Assembly (NCBI GenBank): GCA_028534125.1
Contig: CM052818.1
Location: 24,058,001 to 24,122,000 of the forward strand
Source of the DNA: Lama glama
Lineage: Eukaryota
DNA length: 64,000 nucleotides
Direction: 5' to 3'
The notes below the pieces were generated by a model, which was not told the origin of the DNA, did not search any database, and saw nothing but the letters and a program-made list of their open reading frames with translations. Both the position numbers and the translations under genes were made by a program. Below, in pieces: positions 38,793 through 51,162 of the stretch. Numbering within the stretch: the first letter of the stretch is position 1; the number at the start of each line of letters is the position of its first letter.

Positions 38793-39163
38793 GTGGGCCA
38801 ATGGCATTCACGGACATGGCATTTAGAATCATCCGGAGGGAAAGAGACAAACTGGCCCTGACTCATTCCAAAACCAAGAGAGCTGGTCAGTATCGATCTC
38901 TACCCTTGGTTCTGCACCTGCAGAATAAGCCTGCGAGCTGAAGCAGGAAAGGAAAAGGAGAGGCAGAACAGAGGGTAAAGCTAAGCCCACGCCAGCACTG
39001 GGAGACTCCATCAGAGGGACGGCTGAGGGGAGAGGCCGAGCCATCCTGAGAATGTAGAGAGCAGTCAACAAAAACAAAGGAGGCACTAGGTGTAAGTTCT
39101 GTGAAGGTAGATTCTGAGCCTGGTTTATGTCTGTGGCTAACTCAGTGCCTAAAACAGTATCTT

Positions 39164-40076
39164 TCCTTTTCCAGTTTTACTGAGAAATAACTGACATACC
39201 TCACTGCATAAGCATGATTTACACCATGATCTACATATACCGTGAAATGATCACCAAAACAGGATAAGTTAACCTCCACCATCTCATATGGATACAAGAT
39301 ACATCTCTTCTCATGATGAGAACTCTTAGGATCTACTCTCTCAACTTTCCAATATATCACACAGCAGTGTTAACTATGGTCATGTGTTGAACATAACATC
39401 CCTAGTACTTATTGATCCTATAACTGGAAATGTATGCCTTTTGACCATGTTTCTCAAATCCCCCTCCTCCTACTCCCTGCCTCTAGTGACCATAAATATA
39501 ATCTTTTTTCTATGAATTTGGTGATTTTGTTTGTTTAGATTCCACGTATAAGTGAGATCATGCAGTATTTGTCTCTATCTGTCTGACTTATTTCATTCAG
39601 CATAATGCCTTCAAGGTCCATCCATATTGTCACCAGTGGAATGATTCCATTCTTTTTTACGGCCGAACCACACCACATTTTCTTTATTCATTTATACATT
39701 GATGGACACTTAGGTTGTTTCCCTGCCTTGGCTATTGTAAACAATGCTGCAGTGAACATGAGGGTGCAGATGTCTTTTAGAGTTAGTGTTTTAGTTTCCT
39801 TTGTATATGTCCCCAGAGTGGAACTGCTGGATCATATGGTAATTCTATTTTAAATTGTTTGCAGAACCCCCATACTGTTTTCCATAGTGCCTGTACCAAT
39901 TTACACTCCCACCAACAGTGTACAAGGGTTTCCTCTTCTCCACATCCACATCAGCATTTGTTATCTCTCATCTTTTTGATGATGGCCATTCTAACAAACG
40001 TGAGTTGATACGTCATTGCGGTTTTATTTTACACTTCCCTAATGACGAAATGATGTGGAGCATCTTTTCATGTGCT
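39164..40076 (-). mobile_element. 5'-truncated LINE-1 (L1MA9-like) with 20-bp TSD
   Basis: Antisense 3' UTR and ORF2 end; TSD agtgcctaaaacagtatctt (39144-39163) / agtgcctaatacagcatctt (40077-40096). Confidence 0.95.
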
Positions 40077-40319
40077 AGTGCCTAATACAGCATCTTAATT
40101 CTAGTTAGGCATGTCATAAAATTTACTGATAAAAGAAAGATTAAGATAAATATTATGTATTCAAAGTGCATGTTGTTCCCTGACAAGAAGAAAAATATTG
40201 ACACTTGAAAGAGTATAAGCAGTCCCAGAAACTCTTATGTTTCATACAGAGTAAACTGTTGATGCAGAACATGCATGTGTAAACACACATGCTGCAATAG
40301 TAACTTCAGTCAATACTTG

Positions 40320-40510
40320 TTATGCCTCAACTTATGTCCAGGGTGTTTTACATACAGTATCATTTTCAAATGTGACATTCACCTCACATGATAGGTACTG
40401 TTCTATTGTAAAGAAGGAAAACTAAGGTACAGAGAAGCTGTCTCTGGTTACAGGCCAAGATAGGGCTTGAAATTGTCTTGTTTCCAAACCCTTGCTCTTT
40501 CCATCCTGCT
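40320..40510 (-). mobile_element. MIR fragment
   Basis: ataggtactgtt...aaggaaaactaaggtacagagaag...tttccaaacccttgctctttcca. Confidence 0.65.
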
Positions 40511-42828
40511 ACGTTTGCTTGGATAGATGTAAAATTTGAATGGTTAAGATTACTGGAGTGTTGTAAAACAAAAAAAATTTCCTAAATTCCTAAGGCCTAA
40601 CTTTGCAGTCTCTAAGGTGAGAATAAAAGATATAAAACAGGCAGAGTTTCCAGTCCTCTAAAATGTTTCACTGTCAATATTTTAACTCTGCTATATTTTG
40701 AAAGAAACATAATTATCACTACAGTTATTATTATGAATACGGGCATCCTATTTTGTAGTCAATATGTTATCAAAAATTATATCTTTTTTTGCATCTTATC
40801 TGTTCAATTTTATGATGTGCAGATTTCAAAATCTTTTCATTTGCTATCTAAAAATACATCAAATAAAAAATAGGAACGATTAAAGAGATGTGGTTTTCAA
40901 AACCTTTTCTCGAATCCAGCTCTTTGATAAAAATAAGTGAGTTTTGGATTTTAAACATTTAAGGCAGGTAATCTGATGAGTATGAAAAAAATGATCCTTG
41001 TCTTAACTTGACAGCTCTAGTGGCATTTTAATATCCTTTGGCTGTTTGGAAGAGCTAGCCTTTCACTCGTGTTAATCCAAGGGCACTCGAAGGTTGACTG
41101 GCACCCTAAGATGGGAATTTGATTTTGATACAGTTAAGTTTATCTATGCCAATTGTCTTTTTCTGCTGATCCAGTTGCTCAAATCAAAGAAGTATTTTCC
41201 TACAAAGACAAAATAAGAATGGCAGAGCAAACAGAAAACAGTTTTGCAAGTTTTAAAAATATTAGGTTAACCAAGAAGTTGAAATGCTTGAAAATTGAGT
41301 GATGGTACTGTATAAGCAAATTACAAAATCTCTATGTGACTCACTTGATTGTTTCTCAATTTTTTTCAACAATCTGAAGGATTGCTTGATTTTTAGAATT
41401 TGTAGTGGCAGTTCTGAGACAGTGTGCAAATTCACTGAAGCACATTGCCTGACTTCAGGTTATTTCTGGAGAAACCATAGAAGATAAAGAGGCATAGACT
41501 CTCTCTATATATATATTCATCAGCAGGGGCTTTTCAAATAAGTTTTGATGCTTATATGTTTAAATACTAATTTATTGGCTTAACAGCTACAAAATGAAAA
41601 TGACTAATAAATGCAATCTAAACAGAAAAAAATGAGGCCTGCATCCGATAAATGCGTGCCCTCGAGAGCTTCACTAAGAGGCGAAGAGCAACTCCAGGGC
41701 TTGTGAACTCACAGGCCATGGAGGCCGGCACCTGTACTCTCTCCGCCAAGACCTGTCAGCGCCGATAGGCAACTGCCACCACTGTGAGTTACAGACTCTA
41801 TAAATGGTGTCCTGTCAAACAGACACATCAAAATCTATATCCATCAATTTCAGGAAACTATCTTTAATGTGGTTAAACAGGTAATGGTTTCTCTAGGGTC
41901 AAGAAAAAGGTTAAGGTCAAAATATATGTACTCCAGTGGTACAAAGTGTTTTATTTTTTTCCCCTGGGAATTTAAACTGTAGCATTAGAATGCTAATATT
42001 GGGCCCAGTGGGTAAGCACATACATTTCTGAGTATTTTTCATATTATCCATTAAATATGTTTCAATGCCTCAAAAGTGAACAATCTGTGCTATTAGTTTC
42101 ATGCATGCTTCAGCTGTTCTAAGAAAATCATTTCTCTTTCAATAGGCTTTATCTTCTTCCAAATCAAATATTCTAAGTAAGTTTTTATAGTTAAGTTAGA
42201 CAACAGCAAATCCAGAACCATTTCTTCCAATTCAATCTTAGCATAAAGCAGCTTAATGAAATTCATTACATTCTTCAAAAATATGGGTTTTTTTTCTGTT
42301 TTTATTTTCTGTTTCATGCATTTTCACTTCTGAAGTATAGAAACTGGCAACAACTTCCTTCCTTGGTTGTATTAATAACCACGAGTTAATCTTTAATTCA
42401 AGACTCAGATAACTGAACAATCAACCAAAAAATAAGAGCTATCAATCAACAATTTTTAAAAATTGAGTTCATTGTGTGTTAGTCAAACAGGAATTTGAAT
42501 AATAGTATTCAATGAACTAGTAGGAAAACTGTAAACATTCTCATGACAAGTTCTCTGTGCATATAGGAAACCAGCTGATCTTCATTTTCACCAAGAGTCA
42601 TTTTGTCACACTTCATATGTAGACAAGTGAATTCAGGCTAGGCTAGCCTAGCCTGTGTTTGCTGGCCCCATGACATGTTTTTTTCATTATCTTTCCCAGA
42701 TGAATTTCTAAGGAGAACTGTTCTCCCAGTTTACCAGGCAAAACAAGACTTTTCTACATATTGAACATATGTCAAGCAGTGATTGGCAAGTCTTTAGGGC
42801 CAGCAAGAATTATAGTCTAAAGTTTAAT

Positions 42829-43328
42829 TGTGGTAGATTGTCTGCACAGAGGGCTGTGACCATTCCTCCTCCTGCATACACTCGCTTTGGCAAGGTGACA
42901 TCCAGCTCTTCCTATCAAAAGGTGGAGATTATTTTTCTAAAACCTGAATTGGACTGGCCTTGTGGCTTGTTTGCGCTGCAAGGATATGACAAGTGGAGCA
43001 GTGGGCCATTTTTGAACCTGTGCTTCAAGAGGCTTTCATGCTTCCCCTCTCCCTGCTGAGGGGCCATGTGAATGGGCCAAGACTCTCCTACCAGACTATG
43101 TGATACATACACAGCTATTCCCACGGCCCCAGGTGACATCCAGCCAACCTCCAAACGCAGAGCCACTCGGCAGTCTTGCCAAGTGCATGGGGAGCACCTG
43201 GGACCAGAATTGCTCAACAGAGCCCCGTCTAAACTATCAACCACTGAGTTACGAGCTAAATAAACATTCATTATTTTAAACCACTGAGCTGTTGGGATGG
43301 CTTGTTATGCAGAGACAGACAACTGATA
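42829..43328 (+). mobile_element. MaLR solo LTR (MLT1F/G/H group)
   Basis: Start tgtggtagattg, cctatcaaaaggtggag; 3' taaaccactgag.tgttgggatggcttgttatgcag..acagacaactgata. Confidence 0.85.
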
Positions 43329-43811
43329 GCCTACTTGTGTACGAGTCCTGTTGCTCTGAAGAATTTTGGGTTATTTACCTTTTTTCTAACACCTAAGCAT
43401 AGTGTACAACCCAGAGTAGGTGCTCGATAATGAATTATTTAATTTTTGAAATGTTTCTATAACAATAAGTAGTTATCTTTTGGTAATTTGGTAACATCCA
43501 AATAATCCCCACAAATAATCAATCTCTCTTCCACTTTGTTAAACAATTTGAACATTTAACAGATATACTGAATATATATAGAAAGTTGAATCACAAGGTG
43601 GATGGATTTTTTTTCATAAGACACTTGATCTTGGTTTAAACACACATACTCTAAGGCCTATCACCATGGCAAGGGTTGATCATAGCAGAGAAGTCAGATT
43701 CAATAGTTTCTTCACATTTGGGGAATAAGTTTTGATAATGGTCCTACCACAGCTTACATTTCTGGATAAGAGTTCACCAAACATTTCTACATTTGCCAAT
43801 TGATAGACAGC

Positions 43812-43960
43812 CTTTTCCCTCAAAAGCATGGCCCTTGGACCACAAGGATCTGTATCACTGGAGAGCTTGCTAGAAATACAAAATATCAGCTTTTCCCCCT
43901 CACCCCCACTCCTACTAAATCAAATTCTGCATTTTCATAAGACCCTCGAGTCATTTGCCA
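43812..43960. mobile_element. hAT-Charlie MITE (MER5A-like)
   Basis: ggacca...atcactggagagcttgctagaaatacaaa...cctactaaatcaaattctgcattttcataagaccc. Confidence 0.75.
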
Positions 43961-46224
43961 ATCTGTCAGCCAGTGGTAACCTGGAGTGCAACTTTTTCAG
44001 CCCAGAGAGTGATTAGTGGCACTTCTAGGAAAGGAATGAAAAACTGAACTCATTTAAAGTTGTTAAGGCATTTGGATACAAATATAAAAAGATAGTCACA
44101 AACACAAGTGGCTTAAGAGACAATTTTTTTCAATCCTGTTCAAATCAGCATTACTGAGCTTCACACAGCTACTCATGGAGCACAGAAGTTTGAAATTTTA
44201 CAATCAACAGGGGAATAGACAAGAAAAGGAGTTAGAAGGGCAATAGAGCCTCGAGGGTATTAACTGATTCTTGTCCATGAGATGAGACTGGCTAGAGAAT
44301 GAATTAATTAGCAGAGGTGAGGGAGAGGACTTTGGAGGAGACCTGTGGTCTCCAGTCCCTTTCCATTCCCTGATGGAAATGCCTGTAAGACACAGAGACA
44401 GACACTATGAACCACTGTGACCATGTGATCAACCAGGTTGTGCCTCATGGTCTGATAATCAGAGTGGATCCTTGCACTTTCCATATTCATAAAATCATAC
44501 AGTTAAAAGGACCTAAAATGTCATTTTTCTGAACTTATGTTTCAATGAAAGTATTCTTTCTGAACAAGACTCTCACACCTGATAGCACATCTACCTGAAA
44601 AACAAAAAAGGGCTATCTCCCTTATTCTATCCTAGGTTGAAAATGATCAGTCCTTCCAATCTTCTCAGTAAATGGCTTTTTGATCCTTTTTCAGACCCAA
44701 TTGCCTTCCCTTAGGAGCACTCCTTTTGTATTCTCAGTTTTAATTACTTCAATTTGTTTTTGCCAGGTTGTCCCAAGAATGGGAGGAAATGCTCTGCACA
44801 AAGGGTAGAGTTTATTTTTTACCAAAGCAGCAGAGTCTAGGATCAGGTTGGAAAATAAAAGGAAGTTTGTCTTATGTGAACTCTCTGATCACATGGACTC
44901 AATAGGCTTTTCTCTTCTAAGGAACGAAGGAAGTCCCAGTAATTCTGAATAAAGTTATTTGATTTTTTTTCTCTAGTTGTAATGCACTACTTACAGGAAG
45001 CTAGAGAGGCCTCCACCATCATATTAATAAATGAACATAAGAATCACTTCTAAAAAAGTATCCTAAGAAATTATCCAAATGTGGAGTTCATAGGCATATG
45101 TTTATTTTGGTTTAGGTTTTATATGGTATTTTTAAATTGGAAGCAATTTAATATCTTAATATTGACAGTGAAATAAATCATAGTACAACTTTCTATTAAG
45201 CATTACAAATTTTATATTAAACATTACAGAGAAAACTTGCTTATAATATGATGGACAATAAAAATAATTGCAAAATATTATGCTTGCCATGATTGTTATA
45301 TAGAGGTTTCACAGGCATAAGTGAGACAAAACTTTACAAACTCTCAATTTGTGAAATTTAATAAATCAAAAAGCAAAGAGCCTAGTGTTAAATAGTCATG
45401 TAGTACATCTGAAACTAACAATATTTTATGTCAAATCTATTTCAAAAATTAATTAATTAATTAAAGGAGAATTGGATTTTTTTAAGAAGCCACAAGCCTG
45501 ACAAAGGCATCTCAAAATTGCCTAATTTTAGAGTTTTCATAGAGAAATAAATTTTCAGCAGACTTAGGGCAACCAACATGGAACACAGTAGAGGAACTTC
45601 TCACTTCAAAATAAAACTTACAGTAGAGTTGCATTTATTATATTGCTTTTAATTTTCTGTGCTTTTCTATAACCTTATTAAAACTTATAATTTAAAGATG
45701 GATATAGGCAACTGTTTATGGCATAAACAGATAAAATGAAAATCTTCTATCAAACTGGAAGAAGCATATTAATATTGATTTTTAAGTGCAGAGTGAAATT
45801 GGTAAAGAGAGTCCCCAGGGGTCAAAATCTAAAAGGAAATTGAAAGGCAGAGCAAATAGCTGAAGTGGATGCCTCGACTGTCTTGAGGATGGTTATTACA
45901 GAGGAGTGACCAAGAGGATTGAGTTTTAATAATTACACAAGGAGAAAAGATGAGGCTTTGTGTCATCCAGAGTCAAGGAGTGGTAACTTCTTTAGGAAGC
46001 CTGGACATTCAAAGGCTGTGACTTAAATAAAAGTGTGGACAAGAGAAACCATTCACATTCATGGGGTGATAATAAGGCAATTAATCTGTTCCTGGTTGGA
46101 CTCCAGGTGAGAAAAAAATAATTTCCTGGACAGTTCTTAGTTTTACATCAGCCTTCACATTGGATTGAAGCTGTGATTTCCTAGTTTAGTAACAGAATAT
46201 CTGGGAGAGAATAAAATGTCCTGA

Positions 46225-46370
46225 TTTTTAGCATCGACTAATTTCTGTGGTGTTAAATAATCCCACTCTTGCTGATCTCAAGCTACCAATGCGATGTCAT
46301 GAACATGGAGCTGGGGAGAGGTGTACACAATCGGTTCTCACAAACCGACATGGGCTGGCTCCATCCAGCA
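46225..46370. mobile_element. hAT-Blackjack fragment (MER63-like)
   Basis: atttctgtggtgttaaataatcccac...gatctcaagctaccaatgcgatgtca...ggctggctcca. Confidence 0.7.
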
Positions 46371-46399
46371 TAGCCTTTGTCTAAAGAATGAGCTTATTT

Positions 46400-47006
46400 A
46401 GAGCACTCCCTCACCCCATACACAAAAATAAACTCAAAATGGCTTAAAGAATTAAATATAAGACAAGATGCGATAAATCTCTTGGAAGAAAACACTGGCA
46501 AAAACATTCTCTGACATAAATCTTAGCAATATTCTACTAGGGCAGTCTACCCAAGCAATAGAAATAAGAGCAAAAATAAATAAATAGGACTTAATTAAAC
46601 CTATAAGCTTTTGCACAGCAAAAAATAAATAAATTAAGCAAAACCACCAACTACAGAATGGGAGAAAATATTTGCAAATGATACGACTGAAAAAGGCTTA
46701 ATTTCCAGAATATATAAACAGCTCATACAACTTAATAACAACAACAACAAAAAACCTAGTCCAAAAAAGAGCAGACGACTAAACAAGCAATTCTCCAATG
46801 GAGACATACGAATGGCCAATAAGCACATGAAAAAATGCTCAATATCACTAATTATCAGAGAACTGTGAATCAAAACTACAATGAGGTATCTATCACCTCA
46901 CACCATCAGAATGGCCATCATTCAAAAGTCCATGAACGATAAATGCTGGAGAGGGTATGGAGAAGAGAGAACCCTCTTACACCAGTGGTGGGGATGTAGT
47001 TTGGTG
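46400..47006 (+). mobile_element. Internal ORF2 fragment of a young LINE-1, both ends missing
   Basis: ctcaccccatacacaaaaataaactcaaaatgg ... gaatgggagaaaatatttgcaaa ... aaatgctggagagggt; closely resembles 945-1215 where they overlap. Confidence 0.95.
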
Positions 47007-47379
47007 TTTTCATCTTGCTTCTTAGAGTTCTAGTTTATTACTTTCTACTTATATGCTAATATTCTTATTAATTCCTTTCTTGGACTTGCTTTGCAATTAA
47101 AATATTAGTCTTTTAAAAAACTTTTTCTTGTGATGGCAACTTAACTCATTAAATTTATTTTATTTCCAGTATGCACTTTTAAAGCTATCTATTCTCTTTA
47201 TTATCACTTTTATTCATTCCTACAAGTTTCCATGTTTGTAGAGACAATAATATCAATGATTACATTGTTTTATAAAGTTAATATATGCTTGAGTCAGACA
47301 GGAACAGCATGGGAAAAGTGTATTACAGACATGAGATCTCACACAGGAAGATTAGAACACAGAAGTTCAATGAAACGTC

Positions 47380-47850
47380 AGCATGCAAATTGCAATAACC
47401 CTCTAAAAAACAGGATGTAAATAAGTTGCGTCCGTGCCAGAAAATCAAGTGTAACTCAACATACATAAATGTTTATGTCACTTCCCACTGTAATAGAGTT
47501 GAGGAGAAAATCAGAAGATTAGCTCACAGTGCTGATAAAATTCAACATACAATGACAAAATTGGATAAAATTCCACATATATTTTAAATTTAGAAATAAC
47601 CCAGAACTATGAGTAGAAGTCAACTTTCTTAGCAAGGTTATCTTTGAAACCTACAACAGATATCACCCTTACTAGTATAATATTAGAAGCATCCCCTCTA
47701 AATCAAAGAATTGAAAAAGGATGCCACCTATCTCACAGTGAAAAAGCACTGTTAAAAAAAAAGTAAATAAAAGTTATAAAGACTGGACAGAAAGAGGAAA
47801 AGCTTAATTTTTTTATGAATTAGTGGTTGTCTAACTAAGGGGAAAAATAA
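47380..47850 (+). mobile_element. Old L1M ORF2 remnant
   Basis: gataaaattcaacat, aaacctacaacagatatcac, agaagcatcccctctaaatcaa, aaggatgcca. Confidence 0.65.
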
Positions 47851-47879
47851 GTTTGAAAAATTAATGAATTGAAATAAAA

Positions 47880-48080
47880 TAGCACTATTTAAAATATGCA
47901 TAGCGTTTCTACTATGCTAGGTTTTATTCTAATTACTTTACATCTTTTAATTTGACCCTAAGGACATTTAATGAAATTTTATAATGTGATAAAGATGAAA
48001 AGTTAATATGTGGAGAAGCCTAGACAGGAACCCAGGAAGTCAGATTCTAAAATCCATGTTCTTGTCTTATGCTACACTGC
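47880..48080 (-). mobile_element. MIR fragment
   Basis: tactatgctagg...gaacccaggaagtcagattctaaaatccatgttctt..tatgctacactgct. Confidence 0.65.
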
Positions 48081-48439
48081 TCTTTTCATTGTATAAAGAT
48101 TATTATATTAGTATAAATAATCAAAGATTTCAAGCAGACTTCTGGAAATGGATATGTGTTACCTGAAATGCATCTTACAATATGAATCAATCACAGGCAA
48201 TTAAAAACAAGTCTAACAAGATAAGTGCATTACCATTACAAGGTATATCATAGAACTTCATTGAATATAAATAAATGGAGAGACTCACCATGGTCACTGA
48301 TGAAAAGACTCAAAAGTGCAAAAAAAAATTAATTTGGCAATCTTGGTAGAAACTCCATAGTGCATGAATTAAAACCTGACAATGAAAAGACACGCCTCAT
48401 AGAAGGTATGTATGAAATGAGCAGGCTTTGTGACTGTGC

Positions 48440-48862
48440 ACTTTGCAGAAGTGACAATATGTGAATTTTGAAGACAGACCAGAGAATTGCTCTGACACGC
48501 ACCTTGCTTACTGAAGTCTTACCTCTTAGAGCCACTAGCTGTCACGTAAGCCATCTGACCACCCTTGGGCACCATGCTATAGGGAAGTCAAACCAGCCCA
48601 CATGAAGTAACCATATGCACAAGCCCTGAGAAAACATGACAAAGACTTGCTCTGCTAACCCCCCAATTGTTCCATGACCCTTCTCTTGTAGTTCCAGCCA
48701 CTGTCTGACTGCAACTGCAGAAGAGTTTGAGCTAGAACTGCCCGTCAAAGTCTTCCCCAAACTCCTGACCCACAGAAAACGTGAGAGATGATCAAATGAT
48801 TGCTGTTGTTTTTAAGCCACTAGGTATTGGGGTGATTTATCATGGAGCAATAGTAACTGATC
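48440..48862 (+). mobile_element. MaLR LTR (MLT1H-like)
   Basis: ccagccactgtctgactgcaactgcagaagag...ctcctgacccacagaaaacgtgagagat...tttaagccactaggtattggggtgattt..gcaatagtaactga. Confidence 0.85.
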
Positions 48863-49249
48863 AAGGTGTAGAGTCTATGAAAGATAATATACATTGTTAG
48901 TATTAACTGAAATACCCAAAACTAAAACAATCTAAAAATCTATCCACAGGGGAATGACTTAGAACACCTTCTAGAGCATGTATACAATAAAATAATAGGC
49001 ATCAGGGAAAGAGAATAAAGTAGATTTACCTATGTAATCATGACATGGTTTCCAATAGGTATGTGGAAAAGACCAAGTGGAAAAAACATGTCCCATAATA
49101 CGTGTTCCTGTTTGTGTGAAGAAGTGTATGTGTCTCCGCGCATAGCAACCTATTTGAAGGTAAACACAGGAAATGGTTATCACTCAGGCAAGGAGTGAGA
49201 CTGAAGATGATGGGAAATCAATACTGAATTTAATGATACCATGAAATGA

Positions 49250-49450
49250 GGAGTGCCTAAACCATGGCCCACCCGCCAAATCCACTCTGCCACCTGTTTT
49301 TGTCGGTGGAGTTTTATCAGATCACAGCCATGGCCACCTGTTTAGGTATTCTCTGTGGCTTCTTCTACACTAACACTGCAGAGCTGAGCAGCTGCAACAG
49401 ACAGCTGATAATATTTACTACCTAGCCCTTTACAGAAAAAAATTTTTACT
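49250..49450. mobile_element. hAT-Charlie MITE (MER58A-like)
   Basis: aaaccatggccc..gccaaatcc...cctgtttttgt...cacagccatg...gcagagctgagcagctgcaacaga...gccctttacagaaaaa. Confidence 0.88.
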
Positions 49451-51137
49451 AGCTACTAAGTCAAAATCATTCTCCTTCGTTTAAATTTCTGACAATAAAT
49501 GTACATTTATAGGTTACTTTTTCATTGAGATATAGTTGATAGACAATATTAGATAATGCAGATGAATTCGGAAAAATCAATGCTTATTCCTAGACATGCA
49601 GAAGACTAGAATATGGGACCTATTTGTACAAAAACATATTGTTTCTGTACTTGAAATTCATGTTTTCATTTGGTGCCAGAGATAGAATCCAAATAACATG
49701 AAGTCCCTGCTTTCAAGAAACCTGACAGATTTCTAAAGCACACAGTCAATTAAATTTAGTCAAACTTGGCTATTACTGGCTGCTGCTAAGGGAATTTAGA
49801 ATACAGACTTCTAATAAATATTCTAATATGTAGCTATAATTTAACTCACTTAATGCATGAACACTTTCTGTGCATCTGAGTTCGGACACCACAATGCTAT
49901 GGCTTTTTCCTACTCCCAACTTGTAAAAATTATAATAGCACGTATCAGAACACTTTCAGGACACACAGTTCTTGAAATCTAGTTCCCTTTATTCTTAAGT
50001 CTATGTGTTTGTTAACTTTTCAACTCCCATGTCTCACTTCTGTGTTATTTATTACTGTCTGATATGATACACTTTAACATAAATCAACCTTTCAGACTGA
50101 AGGTTTCTCATTCTTTAAACTTAAAACAACATCCAAAATTTACCGATCGTATACATGAACTATTTAAATTAAATATGCTATTGCATAATACTTAAAACTA
50201 CCACTGAAATATAACAATTATATATTTGGACGTTTCTCCATGCTTGGAAATCCTACACGGTATTTCTCCTCTTCCTCTGCTTTTCTCCGGCTTCACTAAC
50301 CACTCTTGACCTCCCTGACCTATCACCTTGGAAGGAAGCATAGGAACTCAAGGCAATCAGGAGAACTACTCAAGTTTAACCTTACTGAAAATAGCCTTCT
50401 TGAACTGCAAAGTGCTGTATGACGAGACTAACTCACTTTCAGGTCAGGAATTATAGATCATGAAGACCAAAATGACAGCCTAAGTATCATCAAGGCCAAA
50501 GAAAATGAAATTAAAACTATAGGATCACTGTATTCCCTGGATGTAGAATAAAACCTGAACCATGAACCAAAAATAAAAAAATAAAAAAACCTTAAATAAT
50601 AAAGTGAGGAACCCTCCAAAATGGCAATATTCAACATCAGTTTTGTCAATGTGATTAATCTGAACAACAGAGCTAGACTAAAAATAAAATCTCAAGTGTT
50701 AGATGATCCTAGAATGCCAGCCTGGTCTTGCAAAGATCTGACACACACGGCGATAGCTGTCTCCCAGCCACATGTGGGAAGCCAGGTGTTCCAAAATCCC
50801 TTCTCAGATGAACACATTGAGGAACTCATACTGCATGCATTTTCTGTGGGCATTTCGTTGTCTGTTATAATTCTTTGGGAACCAGATCAGCACTGAATAC
50901 CTTTTTTATTTGAAGCTTTCCATGTGCTAAGGCTGATGGTCTCTTTTTTCAGCCATGTTTTCAGAGGCAGCAGAAAGAGTTGTTTCTACTCTCCTTATGC
51001 TTCTAGTTCTAGTTTGTATTGAAGGTAAAACATTAACACTTGTCTCCTCTTTTCCTTATTTCCGTCTCCCTCTCCTCTGACCTTTTTGCAAATAAGCATT
51101 TAGGTTTATTCTCTCTTCTCATTTACACACAGGCATG

Positions 51138-51162
51138 TACACACACACACACACACACACAC
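51138..51162. repeat. (CA)n microsatellite
   Basis: Read directly. Confidence 0.95.
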
